A DNA stretch of 58,306 nucleotides from an uncultured Nitrososphaeria archaeon (GCA_964529905.1 CAZGXJ010000005.1:1-58306); one strand, 5' to 3'; shown: positions 18,929 to 29,434, counted from the stretch's first letter. The notes: generated from the letters alone by a model not told the origin. Made by a program: numbers and translations.

Positions 18929-20055
18929 ATAACACCTGTTTTTCTGGCGATTTTTTCAGCGAAGTTATGAGACATCCTATACTTATTAAGAATCGTATAC
19001 CTTTCTGGCCTAACCTTCTTTGCCATCTTTAGAGCTAGTATAACATCCTCCCTAGAAATCCTTAATTCCTTATAATTCGTTGGCCCACCCACTGATTCTA
19101 TAGCTTGTTTAATACCTTCCCAGTCAAATCCATGTAAAAATGACATCATTATTGTTCCAACGCCCACCTGTTCACCATGATACGCACTTCTGCTACGTAC
19201 ATATATATCCATTGCATGACTAAATAGATGTTCAGATCCGCTACATGGCCTGCTACTCCCAGCAATGCCAGCAGCAACACCAGTACTAATTAAAGCTTCC
19301 ATTAAAGTTCTTATACTATATTCATCACCTTGAGAGATCCCCTCAATTTTGTCCAATACTAGTTTAGCTGACATCAATGCAAGGTTAGATGAATATTCCC
19401 CAAAATATTCACCTGTCTCCTCATGGGATAGCCTCCAATCCGCCACTGCTGTAAATTTAGCCAAGGCATCTCCTACGCCACTAGCAATAAGTCTTGGAGG
19501 TGCATTAGCAATAATGTCTAATTCTACTAAGACTAATAATGGAGGGTTAGCTCTTAGGGAAAACGCTTTTTTATCTCCTCTTATTGAGGCAAATAAACTG
19601 GCGATTCCATCATGCGAAGGAGATGTAGGAATGCTTACAAATGGAATCCCATTTCTATATGAGATTAGTTTAGCGATATCTATAGATTTTCCCCCTCCGA
19701 AACCTATAATAATATCCGGAAGCCCATCTAATACTATTTTCTCCTCTATTTTAGTTAATTCCGACCAGGTAGATTCTTTAGCTATATATACTTTATAATT
19801 GATTTCTAAATGGTCAACAAGTCTATTAATAAGTGACCTATAGATATTCGGCCCAGTAACTATAGAGACATAATTTAAATTACCCACTATTGAGTCTAGA
19901 TACTTTGTTATATTTAATAGGACATTTTTACCTACCACCACTCTTTTGGGAAGATCCATTACATGTAGATTCTTATAAGAGTCCAGCACAATTTTTTTCC
20001 TCATTATCCTCTTAATATTCTTTAATAATTTAAGATACTTTAATATTCCCTTCAA
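18925..20055 (-). CDS. egsA: sn-glycerol-1-phosphate dehydrogenase (start likely near 20003)
   Basis: GGGKSID.AK, PT..SHDGIAS, SSRPCSGSEHLFSHA, HGEQVG, RPERYTIL. Confidence 0.95.
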   Translation of the reverse strand: MKGILKYLKLLKNIKRIMRKKIVLDSYKNLHVMDLPKRVVVGKNVLLNITKYLDSIVGNLNYVSIVTGPNIYRSLINRLVDHLEINYKVYIAKESTWSELTKIEEKIVLDGLPDIIIGFGGGKSIDIAKLISYRNGIPFVSIPTSPSHDGIASLFASIRGDKKAFSLRANPPLLVLVELDIIANAPPRLIASGVGDALAKFTAVADWRLSHEETGEYFGEYSSNLALMSAKLVLDKIEGISQGDEYSIRTLMEALISTGVAAGIAGSSRPCSGSEHLFSHAMDIYVRSRSAYHGEQVGVGTIMMSFLHGFDWEGIKQAIESVGGPTNYKELRISREDVILALKMAKKVRPERYTILNKYRMSHNFAEKIARKTGVI

Positions 20056-20072
20056 TACAATATTGACTAGTT

Positions 20073-20375
20073 ATGGAGAAACATAACGATGAAGAGATTA
20101 ACATGATTATAAACTCGATTTTTAGAGGAGAATATCACAACCTTGAAGGAATACTGTCTTACATAAATGTAGGGGGGAAACCTGTAAGGATAGAAAAAAG
20201 TGACCTACCTCCAGAAGTATCAGTTTTATATTCATTAAAAGATCTGGAGATCAATTTGGAGGGAAAGGCTCTTCATTTAAAAAAGGGGGATATAGTTTTA
20301 TTAGATAAGAAACATCTTAAAGTATTAAAAGAAAGGTATGAAAATTTCTTTAAAGAGGTGGAGATTGGGAAATGA
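20073..20375 (+). CDS. Short GINS15/Gins51-like protein (B-domain-like)
   Basis: LKKGDIVLL.......L C-terminus; position directly upstream of rpl44e. Confidence 0.5.
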   Translation: MEKHNDEEINMIINSIFRGEYHNLEGILSYINVGGKPVRIEKSDLPPEVSVLYSLKDLEINLEGKALHLKKGDIVLLDKKHLKVLKERYENFFKEVEIGK

Positions 20376-20650
20376 TAATTCCGCGAGAAATAAGAACATA
20401 TTGTCCAAGATGTAGAAAACACACTGTTCATAAGGTATCTATCTATAAAAAAGGAAAAGATAGCCCCTTTAGATGGGGTGTGATTAAACATGAATGGGAG
20501 AAAAAAGGATATGGAGGGCAAAAATGGCCTATGTTAAAAAGAAAAGCAAAAACCACTAAAAAAGTAGTTCTTAAACTGACATGTAACGAATGTGGATATA
20601 TAATACATAAAGAGGGAATTAGATTGAAAAAAGCCGAACTGGCTAGGTGA
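20372..20650 (+). CDS. rpl44e: Ribosomal protein L44e
   Basis: TYCPRCRKHT.H, GYGGQ, AKTTKK. Confidence 0.97.
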   Translation: MIIPREIRTYCPRCRKHTVHKVSIYKKGKDSPFRWGVIKHEWEKKGYGGQKWPMLKRKAKTTKKVVLKLTCNECGYIIHKEGIRLKKAELAR

Positions 20651-20653
20651 TAG

Positions 20654-20857
20654 ATGATGTCAGAGGATATTGAAAAATATATTCCAAAACCTAGAAGTAA
20701 GTTCTTTAAGGTAAAATGTAAAAATTGTGGAAATCAGATGGTTATATTCTCCCATGCATCCAGGAAAATATTCTGTATTGTATGTGGGGAGATCTTAGCT
20801 AAACCGACAGGTGGAAAGGCCGAAATATTAGGTGAGATCATTGAGGAATACGGCTAA
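20654..20857 (+). CDS. rps27e: Ribosomal protein S27e
   Basis: P.SKF.KVKC..C, C..CG..L..PTGGKA. Confidence 0.97.
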   Translation: MMSEDIEKYIPKPRSKFFKVKCKNCGNQMVIFSHASRKIFCIVCGEILAKPTGGKAEILGEIIEEYG

Positions 20858-21668
20858 TAAAAGGAAAGAAGTAATTTTTCCAAGAAGAGGAGAACTTGTA
20901 GTTGCAACAGTCAAAAATATAGTTGGACATGGAGCATATTTACATATTGAAGATTATGATATAGATGGGTACCTCCCCATAAACGAAGTCTCGACAAAAT
21001 GGGTTAGAAATATCGAAGATGTTATAAAAGAAGGCCAAAAAATAGTTGTTAAGGTAATTAGAATAGATAAATTTACACGAAGCGTTGATGTATCGTATAA
21101 AGACGTCTCCGAATCTGAAAAGAATAAGATTTTAAGAATTTGGAAAAAGAATTATAGAGGAACCAAAATAATTGAAGAACTAGAAAAACATTTAAAGGAA
21201 AAAGGGATAACCATAAATCTTCTAGAAAAATTAGATCCAATAATTGAGAACGAGCCTACCGTATATGATGCATTAGAATCTATAATGCTTGAACCAACAT
21301 TACTAGACGAAGTCTCATTATCAAATCTAAAAGAGGAAATTATTGAGTATCTACATAAAAAGATACATCTAAAAAAATACATATATGAAGCAACAATAGG
21401 AATTCAATCTATAGAAAAGGGAGGTTTATTTAAGGTTAAAAAAGGGTTGGAGACGCTTCACAAAGCTATTGAGAAGGCAACTGGATTAGAAAACGTTGAC
21501 ATTTATCTGATTGGATCACCAAAATATAAGCTTGTAACGTGGAGCTTCAAACCTGAAACAATAAAGAAAAAAGTTTTACCAACAGTAAAAGAAACTATTA
21601 AAAAACTGTCCAAAGAAAAAGGATTAAGAGTGGTTTTACTTGAAGAAAACCTTAAAGTGGGAGTATGA
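20832..21668 (+). CDS. eif2a: Translation initiation factor aIF2 alpha
   Basis: P..GELVVATV S1 domain, EVS..WV.NI, IG.P.Y; synteny. Confidence 0.92.
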   Translation: MRSLRNTANKRKEVIFPRRGELVVATVKNIVGHGAYLHIEDYDIDGYLPINEVSTKWVRNIEDVIKEGQKIVVKVIRIDKFTRSVDVSYKDVSESEKNKILRIWKKNYRGTKIIEELEKHLKEKGITINLLEKLDPIIENEPTVYDALESIMLEPTLLDEVSLSNLKEEIIEYLHKKIHLKKYIYEATIGIQSIEKGGLFKVKKGLETLHKAIEKATGLENVDIYLIGSPKYKLVTWSFKPETIKKKVLPTVKETIKKLSKEKGLRVVLLEENLKVGV

Positions 21669-21841
21669 AGACGAAAATAAGGAAATGTCCTAGATGCGGT
21701 AAATACACTATGAAAGAACTCTGCGACGTATGCAACATAAAGACAAAAATAGCTCATCCAGCTAAATTTTCTCCAGACGACCCCTACTTATTACATAAAA
21801 TAAAAATTATTGCTAAGAGTAAATATGGCATAACGATTTAG
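21665..21841 (+). CDS. nop10: H/ACA RNP protein Nop10 (58 aa, not in ORF track)
   Basis: MKTKIRKCPRCGKYTMKELCDVC...AHPAKFSPDDPY; follows aIF2a. Confidence 0.92.
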   Translation: MKTKIRKCPRCGKYTMKELCDVCNIKTKIAHPAKFSPDDPYLLHKIKIIAKSKYGITI

Positions 21842-23961
21842 TCTTTTAGTGCTGAATAATTAATTTTATAAATAACTATTTCTCCTGGGGCTGGATCCGA
21901 AGATCTAAATACCAACACTAATGGAGAGTTGCTGTCATCGGATCCTATTTCTGGATATTTTGGAGAGTACCTATATATATCTATAGAGAAGCGGCCTAGA
22001 TTCTGCTGAGTTTGATATTCATATGGAATCAATTTACCTAAGAAAGTGCTCCAGAAATAATCAGTTAATCTGGGTTTATTTGGATCTTCCTCATTTATTA
22101 ATAAGCTTCTATTCACACCTGCTATTTTAGCTATGGCAACAAATTTTCCATCCTCCCCTGTTCCAGCAAAAAACACTAGATCAGGATTATTTTCATTTAC
22201 TTGAACCGATCCAATATATACGAGTATATAGCTGGCATTCATAGATTTCAAGATCTTTAAAGCTGTTTTTTCATCAGTACTCATGAACATGGTGGCAAGT
22301 TCTTGTATTCTAGTACTATTTAGAGTTCCGTTATCTGCAAGAGATTTCTTACCTGCTATGAAACTAATCCAATATCCATAGTCCCACCAGCTAGCAATAA
22401 CCTCATCATCTCCGACGTTGTTCTTTATCCATTCAAGAGCCTGAATCCAGTCATATGATACTGGATTACTTGAAAATTGTGTTCCATGCTGTACCAAAGC
22501 AACGGGAGATCTGGATAGTGGTGAGATCGTTAACATATAAATCATTGAAGATGAGAGGACAAGGAAAAGAGCTACAAATGAGAAGGTATATAGCTTAAAC
22601 TGTTGACTTCTCACCTCGAGGTTATCTACAAAAAACTTATATATATGCTGAAATGCTACAGCGGCCAAAATAACGGCAAATATATCAAATACTATAGTTA
22701 ATCTAACAAAGGAAGAGGAAGCATATAGAGATGATAGAGCGCCTATGACAATAAGGAGATATTTAGGAGATCTCCAATTTTTAAGTGATATGTAAAACCC
22801 GATTATTGTAAACGGAGCAAGAATATGAATGTCTCTAAAATATGTGAAGAAGGACGCTTTTAGCTGTTCCTGAACAGTAGTAGCCACAACGAAGGCCTCT
22901 CTCATGAATGGTAAAGCTACAATTATATGCCTTGAGGGAAGGCCTACACTAGGTAGTAAGGATATAATTACAAGTGCAGATACGCCTATAAATGTTGTTA
23001 CACCTACTACTCTTGAAATATGTCTTGTAAATAACTTAATATCAACGACATTTCTCATAACCAAGAGTAGAATAGCTAAATATTGTATTAGAGCTGTAAA
23101 GCCTATGATATATCCTAACCGATTTACGGGAACCGAATTTAGAAATATGAAGGAGGTTAAAACGAATGGAAAATATACCGCCTCATAATTATTAACATCT
23201 ATGTCAAGAACAACTATTAAGATCGTCAATACGGCTATAAGCACATAAATGTATTGATGTATTCCCCAAGTTGCCCCTAATATTCCAAGAGATGCTCCAC
23301 TTAAAAACGAATAGAACGCCTTATTAGTGGGTGTTGGTGAGTCCATACTTTTTAAATATAGATAAATTGATAGAAGGAGAAATGTCATACCTAAACCATC
23401 CGTATCATACCAACCTAAATTACTTCTTAATATTACACTAGGAGCTAAACCATAAAAAAGAGCTGCAAACAACCCTGTATATCTAGAACCACTTATTCTA
23501 TACGCAATTTTATAGACGATAAGAACTGAAAAGACTCCAAATAGAACCGGTACAAATACAGCCACATCATATAGGCTTACTTGAAGACCTATAGCACTAA
23601 GGAAAAGATAAGTCAACGCACCTATATATGGGACTCCTGGATAATATTTCTGACCTAGATCCACTCCATATGGATACCATGTTAAATCTATATGATGAGA
23701 AAAGAATGAGAAAACACCACCCAAACCCCTCTCTTTAATAGACGATACAATAACTTTTGTTGCATAGTATTGGAGATATGGATCAAACTCGTTTATATAT
23801 GCTCCAAACCTTGCAGGCATAATCCTTATCAAGAAGGCGGCTAAGACAACAAGGGATAATGAGATATAGAATACCGCATCACTTAATTCTACGACCGTTT
23901 TAGTGGTTCTGTATCTCCAAAAATTCCTTAAATAACTTTTTATTTGAGACATATGCGGCAT
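21838..23961 (-). CDS. aglB: Oligosaccharyltransferase AglB (STT3)
   Basis: EFDPY, WYP.G, D.D, TVQE, WWDYGYW, DNGT; many TM segments. Confidence 0.95.
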   Translation of the reverse strand: MPHMSQIKSYLRNFWRYRTTKTVVELSDAVFYISLSLVVLAAFLIRIMPARFGAYINEFDPYLQYYATKVIVSSIKERGLGGVFSFFSHHIDLTWYPYGVDLGQKYYPGVPYIGALTYLFLSAIGLQVSLYDVAVFVPVLFGVFSVLIVYKIAYRISGSRYTGLFAALFYGLAPSVILRSNLGWYDTDGLGMTFLLLSIYLYLKSMDSPTPTNKAFYSFLSGASLGILGATWGIHQYIYVLIAVLTILIVVLDIDVNNYEAVYFPFVLTSFIFLNSVPVNRLGYIIGFTALIQYLAILLLVMRNVVDIKLFTRHISRVVGVTTFIGVSALVIISLLPSVGLPSRHIIVALPFMREAFVVATTVQEQLKASFFTYFRDIHILAPFTIIGFYISLKNWRSPKYLLIVIGALSSLYASSSFVRLTIVFDIFAVILAAVAFQHIYKFFVDNLEVRSQQFKLYTFSFVALFLVLSSSMIYMLTISPLSRSPVALVQHGTQFSSNPVSYDWIQALEWIKNNVGDDEVIASWWDYGYWISFIAGKKSLADNGTLNSTRIQELATMFMSTDEKTALKILKSMNASYILVYIGSVQVNENNPDLVFFAGTGEDGKFVAIAKIAGVNRSLLINEEDPNKPRLTDYFWSTFLGKLIPYEYQTQQNLGRFSIDIYRYSPKYPEIGSDDSNSPLVLVFRSSDPAPGEIVIYKINYSALKD

Positions 23962-24029
23962 CTCACCAATTCAATATTTTTAAAAATCAATAAAATAGAG
24001 GAGCATATAAAAGTTAAATCTTTATTATA

Positions 24030-24095
24030 AGGGCTCGCAACTCAAGATCTCGGTCATTCCTACTTGGTCTCTGCGGCCAACTCGCTCATCGCCCT
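24030..24095 (-). ncRNA. Candidate 66-nt K-turn/box C/D-like small RNA
   Basis: GC-rich island; minus strand AGGGC-GAT-GA-GCGA...TTGC-GA-GCCCT forms stem, 3-nt bulge, tandem G.A pairs and second stem; AT-rich TATA-like sequence 25-30 nt upstream. Confidence 0.55.
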
Positions 24096-24192
24096 AAATA
24101 CAAGATATAACTAACCAATAATATTATTTTAGAGATGTTAACATGACATAAATTATTTAGTGATATTGTAGGGATAGGCAAAGGGTGTCTAA

Positions 24193-24579
24193 ATGAACAT
24201 TGAAGTATATTGCACACTAGATGAATTGAAATCTTTTCTTATAGAGAGTACAGGCAAAACGAAATTTCCGAGGAAATATCTAAAAGATCCAGATATACTA
24301 TTTGAAAGAAGAAATGAAATCGGTAAAGTATATATTGAAGCTGAAGAAAAGGAAGACATTGAGCAAATACAAGATATAGTAATAGTCAGAGTAAAAAATG
24401 TTTTAGGAGTTGAGTATAAGTCAAAGAGTGGTAGGACTCACCTAAAGTGGAGACAATTATATAAAAATTTTGGAAAATTATATGGTAAGGCCAGTGGAAA
24501 TACCCTTGTAAATTTATATGAAGTAGGGATAAGAGATATAAGAGTGATAAAGGAGGAAGGTAAGAATGAAGGAGTATGA
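24193..24579 (+). CDS. Conserved-looking hypothetical protein overlapping the arcadin-1-like gene
   Basis: 128-aa ORF with YKSKSGRT.LKWRQ motif; overlaps the next gene. Confidence 0.7.
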   Translation: MNIEVYCTLDELKSFLIESTGKTKFPRKYLKDPDILFERRNEIGKVYIEAEEKEDIEQIQDIVIVRVKNVLGVEYKSKSGRTHLKWRQLYKNFGKLYGKASGNTLVNLYEVGIRDIRVIKEEGKNEGV

Positions 24580-24922
24580 AACATATGTGATTGTAACTAG
24601 AATAGAATCATACACCGATCCAAGTAGAAATGTAAGAGGAAAAAAGATAGAATTTGCAATAATAGAAAAGAGGATTGAGAGGAATGACTATCAACAACCC
24701 GAAGTAAGGATCGTGAAAGAGATGGTAAACCAATTAAAAAGTATGGGGTTTATGCTTCCTATGCAGAATATTAGAAATCTTAAAATGGTCCTATATTTAT
24801 TACCTGAAGAAGAAAATGCTCTAGGCATCACCTTCAACGTAAATAATATTTATAAATTGACCTTCTCGAATAACGGCATACGGTTCAAGGACGTTACAAA
24901 AGATTTCTATTTAATTCAATAA
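24566..24922 (+). CDS. Arcadin-1-like protein
   Basis: I....DP....GK.I.F, E.RIV.E....L, K.VLYL..EE..ALG..F.VN..Y pattern recalled for arcadin 1. Confidence 0.65.
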   Translation: MKEYETYVIVTRIESYTDPSRNVRGKKIEFAIIEKRIERNDYQQPEVRIVKEMVNQLKSMGFMLPMQNIRNLKMVLYLLPEEENALGITFNVNNIYKLTFSNNGIRFKDVTKDFYLIQ

Positions 24923-24937
24923 ATAAAACTCTGCTTA

Positions 24938-27900
24938 TTATAGGAAATCCTGTAATGTCCTTTCCTTATCTCTATAAATGCTTAAAGATGTTTTTAGATC
25001 CATGTCAATTACATCCCATCTAGACATTATATATGGATCATCTATTATCTTGACTAACCTACTAGCTAATCTAGTATATTTAACTACACTTTTCTCGCTT
25101 ACAGTCTGTTTCAATTCTCCCCCACAGAAACTACATTTCCCACTTATGGGGGGCCTTCTGTAACTCTTTTGACATTTCTTACATATATAACTTTGCTTGA
25201 AGAAAGCCCTTAGATTTCCCTTTATATCTCTAAATATGTGGTTCTCTAATAAACTATAGAGGATAAGTCTAACACCTTCCTTATCAAATATTAAATTAGC
25301 TATTCTTAATTGATGCTCTAACTTTTCTTTCATCGTTTTTAATGTAGAATATTTCGTTGTTGATGTCTCTAACTTTGTTAACGGATCCGACCTAAATGAA
25401 GGATATCTATAATAAGCTTCCTCAGATCCCAATTTGTCGCTTAATAATGTTACTATTCCGCTTAAAGACTTGGGGCTTCCATTCTTTTGAGAGAGAGCAT
25501 ATAGTTCTCTTGGATATCTTTGCATAATATCCAGATTATGAACCTGTGTATCTACCTCATTTGGATGCAAAATAGGTGAAATGAATAATGGTGTATCCAT
25601 TCTTCCTCCTGAGCTTGAAGGTAAGTAGTGTATACTAAAGTTTAATAGGATATCTAAAAGAAGAATTATTGAATCCTGGTCTCCATCACAGTCTCTTCTT
25701 TTTGCAGCATGCCATAAGGGAGAAGCATATAATACATTTGAATCGGTAAATCCGATTATCCTTCCTATTATTCCGCAGGAAGTATGGGGAGATAGACCTA
25801 CTACCAGCTTTCCAATTAGATCTTCTCTTTTTTTCACATTATATACAGGCTTAAGCTTATAGATCTTGGTGAGTGACTCATCTAAAAACTTACATACTCT
25901 AATTAAATAATCCGCTATTGATTTAGGGATTATTATATCCTGTGGATAGAGGTCTATAGTCCCATCGTCTTTCACATGGTAACCCAATTTTTCAGCCTTT
26001 TCTCTAGATAAGTTTATTTGCTTTATGGATACTGAATGTAGCGGTGCATTTGTAATATCTATTCTACATGTTCCATCTTTAAAGACAGACAGGCCGTATT
26101 TACTTCTCAGAAATCCCTTAACAAGGGGTTCAAAATATCCATCACTATTCATTAATTTCTTTACTCCCTTAACCCTCTTAGGAATTTTAAGTCTATATTT
26201 CTTCCTGGTTTCATCGACGATAGATTTGATGTTTACAACCCATTCCTTAGTTTTCTTTGTTTTCCTACCACACACCCTACACTTTTCTTCTAATCTAAAA
26301 TCCTTACATTTAGAACAGTAAAATCTAGGAATCGTTTCATTACCACATTTTGAACATTTCAGTTCATAGGTATATTTATTACATGTTAAGCAATATCTCA
26401 CAGCTAACTCTATACTTACAATCTTAGACTCTTCAGAGGCTTTAATAATGTCTCTTTGAGGCCCGCCATAATTACCAATAGGGAATAACACGTTTACTGG
26501 AGGAGACATTTCCCTAGGTTTAGCTTTTTCTGGCCGGCCCAACCTGGCTGTTACAAATGTTTCTTCCCCAAGAATAACTTTTACACCTATTACCAGACTC
26601 AGAATATTCTCTACATTCATGGATTTTGATATCATACTTTTCATCTTTGGGTAGAGTGTTAATAGATCTCTTAGGAAAAAGAAAAATCTATTGTTTACTA
26701 TCACTTCAGTGTCTCTGATTGCAAATGGAACCCTAAGCGATTTTAGAATATCCGTTACATCACTGGTGTATTTGAAAATGATAGAATCGGTTTTAACATT
26801 GACTAAATTATCGGATAATTTATCCAAAATAGATAGTAATTCTTGACCACCTTCTATGCTCCTAAAATTAGGGATATACCAGGGATTTAGGGGCACATTA
26901 TATTTCATGCTTAGGTTTAGAGATTCTTCATATGTAACGGATCTGGGATCATCTATATTTATCCCAACGTTTTCCAATTCTGCCATCCACCAATATTCAT
27001 CATAATATTGGGGAACTAATGGATAATTGTTTTCGATGAAGTCACCTATCGAGATAACTATGTCGCCGAGAAATAATATTCTTTTTACCTTATCCTTAAT
27101 ATGTATAGCCTCTCTCTCACTAAGAACTTCAACGACCGACCCATCCTTTAACTCAACTAGTGGTGGCCATGCAACTAACGACGGAACGACTATTCCGCCT
27201 TTTCCTGGTAAATTAAGCTTAAGCTGTGATCCAACAACTATAAAATAATCAAGTAATGGAAAAACGGCTGGGTGGACACCTACAGATGATATTCCAATAT
27301 GAGGCTCTCTACCATATTTCAAACGGAAACCTTTTTTCAATTGGGATATTGAGAAGACTGGCCTACCGATAACTAAATCACTTAGAACTCTATCTTCTAC
27401 TTTTTTATTATAACTACTTTTTTGATCCTTTGAGTTATTTTTATCATCATAGGCAAGTTTTTTTAACCAGTCCCATCCATCTAATCCTAATTCTTCAACT
27501 ACCTTTAATAACTTCTTAGCTTTACCTATTAAACCATCATTTATAACTCTGAGAGCACCACCTCTAAGTCTGTTAGTTTCAATACCAGGTAAATCTCTAT
27601 ATGACAATACTTCTACATCATCAGTTGGAACACCTGTTATTTCTACAGGAAGATTTTCTACACAATAAAGTATTTTTTCATCTGGATGTTCATATTGAAA
27701 CGATCCGACAAACCGTTCATATAGCCGGATCTCCTCAAGTAATCTATATACTTCATACCTTGTCGGCCTATATTCATCTATAGAAAGCTTCCTACGTAAG
27801 TAATCAGCAAATATAACTGATAATCCAGTCTCAGTTCCACCAGCAGATCTAATGGGACCTGCATAGTATATAGATATATAAGAAGTATAACCCCTTCTTT

Positions 27901-28342
27901 TTATTTCGACTTTTTTAATTCCATCTAAAGGGGCAACCGTCATTCCCTCTGTAAGAATAGCTAGGGGAAGCCTTACGCCAAGTTCAACCAATTCATTTAT
28001 GCTAAAAGATCCAAATTCACCTTCTAAAAGCTTGTCTATTGCTAATAAAGCAAGTCTCTCTCTTGATAAGGACCTATTTTCCCTAATAAACTTAGATACG
28101 CCCTCTACTTTCAAACCATTTATTGATAACAATCTCTCAACTCTTTCTGCCATATCCCATGTGAAGAAGGTTTCAACATTAGGTTCAGGATCTATTCCTC
28201 TTTTTCGTGCTTCAACGGCTATTGCGTATAAATCTTCTATACTGGATAGTATAGATAGAAAATAATCTTCTAGTAACTTGGAAAAATTGAATTTTTTAAC
28301 TTTTTCCTTTAACCGATCGAAGTCTATTTTTTCCGCCATCAT
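24938..28342 (-). CDS. polC: DNA polymerase D large subunit DP2 (no intein)
   Basis: AGPIRSAGGT, R.GRPEKA, FKDGT.R, PHTS, AAKRRDCDGDQD, C-terminal Zn finger and TLQDFL PIP-like tail. Confidence 0.97.
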   Translation of the reverse strand: MMAEKIDFDRLKEKVKKFNFSKLLEDYFLSILSSIEDLYAIAVEARKRGIDPEPNVETFFTWDMAERVERLLSINGLKVEGVSKFIRENRSLSRERLALLAIDKLLEGEFGSFSINELVELGVRLPLAILTEGMTVAPLDGIKKVEIKRRGYTSYISIYYAGPIRSAGGTETGLSVIFADYLRRKLSIDEYRPTRYEVYRLLEEIRLYERFVGSFQYEHPDEKILYCVENLPVEITGVPTDDVEVLSYRDLPGIETNRLRGGALRVINDGLIGKAKKLLKVVEELGLDGWDWLKKLAYDDKNNSKDQKSSYNKKVEDRVLSDLVIGRPVFSISQLKKGFRLKYGREPHIGISSVGVHPAVFPLLDYFIVVGSQLKLNLPGKGGIVVPSLVAWPPLVELKDGSVVEVLSEREAIHIKDKVKRILFLGDIVISIGDFIENNYPLVPQYYDEYWWMAELENVGINIDDPRSVTYEESLNLSMKYNVPLNPWYIPNFRSIEGGQELLSILDKLSDNLVNVKTDSIIFKYTSDVTDILKSLRVPFAIRDTEVIVNNRFFFFLRDLLTLYPKMKSMISKSMNVENILSLVIGVKVILGEETFVTARLGRPEKAKPREMSPPVNVLFPIGNYGGPQRDIIKASEESKIVSIELAVRYCLTCNKYTYELKCSKCGNETIPRFYCSKCKDFRLEEKCRVCGRKTKKTKEWVVNIKSIVDETRKKYRLKIPKRVKGVKKLMNSDGYFEPLVKGFLRSKYGLSVFKDGTCRIDITNAPLHSVSIKQINLSREKAEKLGYHVKDDGTIDLYPQDIIIPKSIADYLIRVCKFLDESLTKIYKLKPVYNVKKREDLIGKLVVGLSPHTSCGIIGRIIGFTDSNVLYASPLWHAAKRRDCDGDQDSIILLLDILLNFSIHYLPSSSGGRMDTPLFISPILHPNEVDTQVHNLDIMQRYPRELYALSQKNGSPKSLSGIVTLLSDKLGSEEAYYRYPSFRSDPLTKLETSTTKYSTLKTMKEKLEHQLRIANLIFDKEGVRLILYSLLENHIFRDIKGNLRAFFKQSYICKKCQKSYRRPPISGKCSFCGGELKQTVSEKSVVKYTRLASRLVKIIDDPYIMSRWDVIDMDLKTSLSIYRDKERTLQDFL

Positions 28343-29078
28343 GAACGCCCCTCACAATGTCAATAAGTACTTCAGGCCTCGATTCAAGAATATTTCCTGT
28401 GACGATTATATCTGCACCTGAAAATGCAACATCATAGGCATCATCATAGCTTCTTATACCTCCTCCCACAACCAGTTTGGCCCTACTTAAGAACCTTTTC
28501 ACCTTTGAAACTAACTCACCATAAATCCTTTTTTCGGCTCCCGATCCTGCTTCAATATAAATAAAATCAAACCCAAAGAACTCGGCTGCTAGACAATAGC
28601 TAATTAGTATTTTAGGTTCATCTAGAGGAATGGAGTGAGCGTATCCCATATATCCTACTGTTTTACCCTCGCCAACAACCAAATATGCCATAGATAAAGG
28701 CTCAATGCCGGATTTATATATTACGGGAGCGGCTCTCATCTGAGCACCAGTAATATAATAAGGATTTAAGCTGTTTAACAATGACATGAACCAAATTGCA
28801 TCTGCGTGATGTGATATTGATGTGACATCATTTGGAAAAATTATCACAGGGAGTGATGATAAACGCTTTATACGCAATATCACATCATCAATTACTGATC
28901 TATCGAAAACGGTAGAACCGCCTACCATAATTGCGGAAGAACCTGATCTGTTGATTATACTAATAACATTATCAAGTTTCTCTTTATCGTTATAGAATTC
29001 CTCAGGATCAATGAGAGAAATATGGATAGAACCAAACTCTTCTATTCTACTAAATAAATACTCTCTAACCCTCGTCAT
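28296..29078 (-). CDS. Geranylgeranylglyceryl phosphate synthase
   Basis: H..LIDP, IMVGGST, FMSLLNS, YIEAGSGA, VGGGI, VTG. Confidence 0.93.
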   Translation of the reverse strand: MTRVREYLFSRIEEFGSIHISLIDPEEFYNDKEKLDNVISIINRSGSSAIMVGGSTVFDRSVIDDVILRIKRLSSLPVIIFPNDVTSISHHADAIWFMSLLNSLNPYYITGAQMRAAPVIYKSGIEPLSMAYLVVGEGKTVGYMGYAHSIPLDEPKILISYCLAAEFFGFDFIYIEAGSGAEKRIYGELVSKVKRFLSRAKLVVGGGIRSYDDAYDVAFSGADIIVTGNILESRPEVLIDIVRGVHDGGKNRLRSVKGKS

Positions 29079-29087
29079 AGGGATTTT

Positions 29088-29336
29088 TCACTCCATCTGA
29101 TCTATGTATTCATCAAACAATCTATGATATATGTCAATTTTTTCTTCATAGCTTTTGATATTTGTTTCCCATTCCAGTCCGCAATTTGGACATCTGGCCT
29201 TTGCAGTCATCTTCTTTTTATCAACTATAATATTTAGTGATTTCGATCCACACACCGGACAAGTAAATATTTTGGGAATCTTTGGTCTGTATATTTTAAC
29301 TATTTTCTTTCTTCTCCGTCTCCCCATTATATTCAC
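29088..29336 (-). CDS. elf1: Transcription elongation factor Elf1
   Basis: MGRRRRK..P.IF.CP.C...C..CG...D.Y...D. Confidence 0.88.
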   Translation of the reverse strand: MNIMGRRRRKKIVKIYRPKIPKIFTCPVCGSKSLNIIVDKKKMTAKARCPNCGLEWETNIKSYEEKIDIYHRLFDEYIDQME

Positions 29337-29434
29337 CTTACAATACCATATATGACATGATGCTTTTATACTAAAAATTAATTAATGTCTATAGTAATAC
29401 AGAATTGTATAACCTTAATAAAGGGTGAAAATAA

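Noticed and set aside
24030-24095. Fluoride riboswitch (GGCGATG start)
   Set aside because: Lacks the complementary CGCC and pseudoknot; downstream gene is aglB
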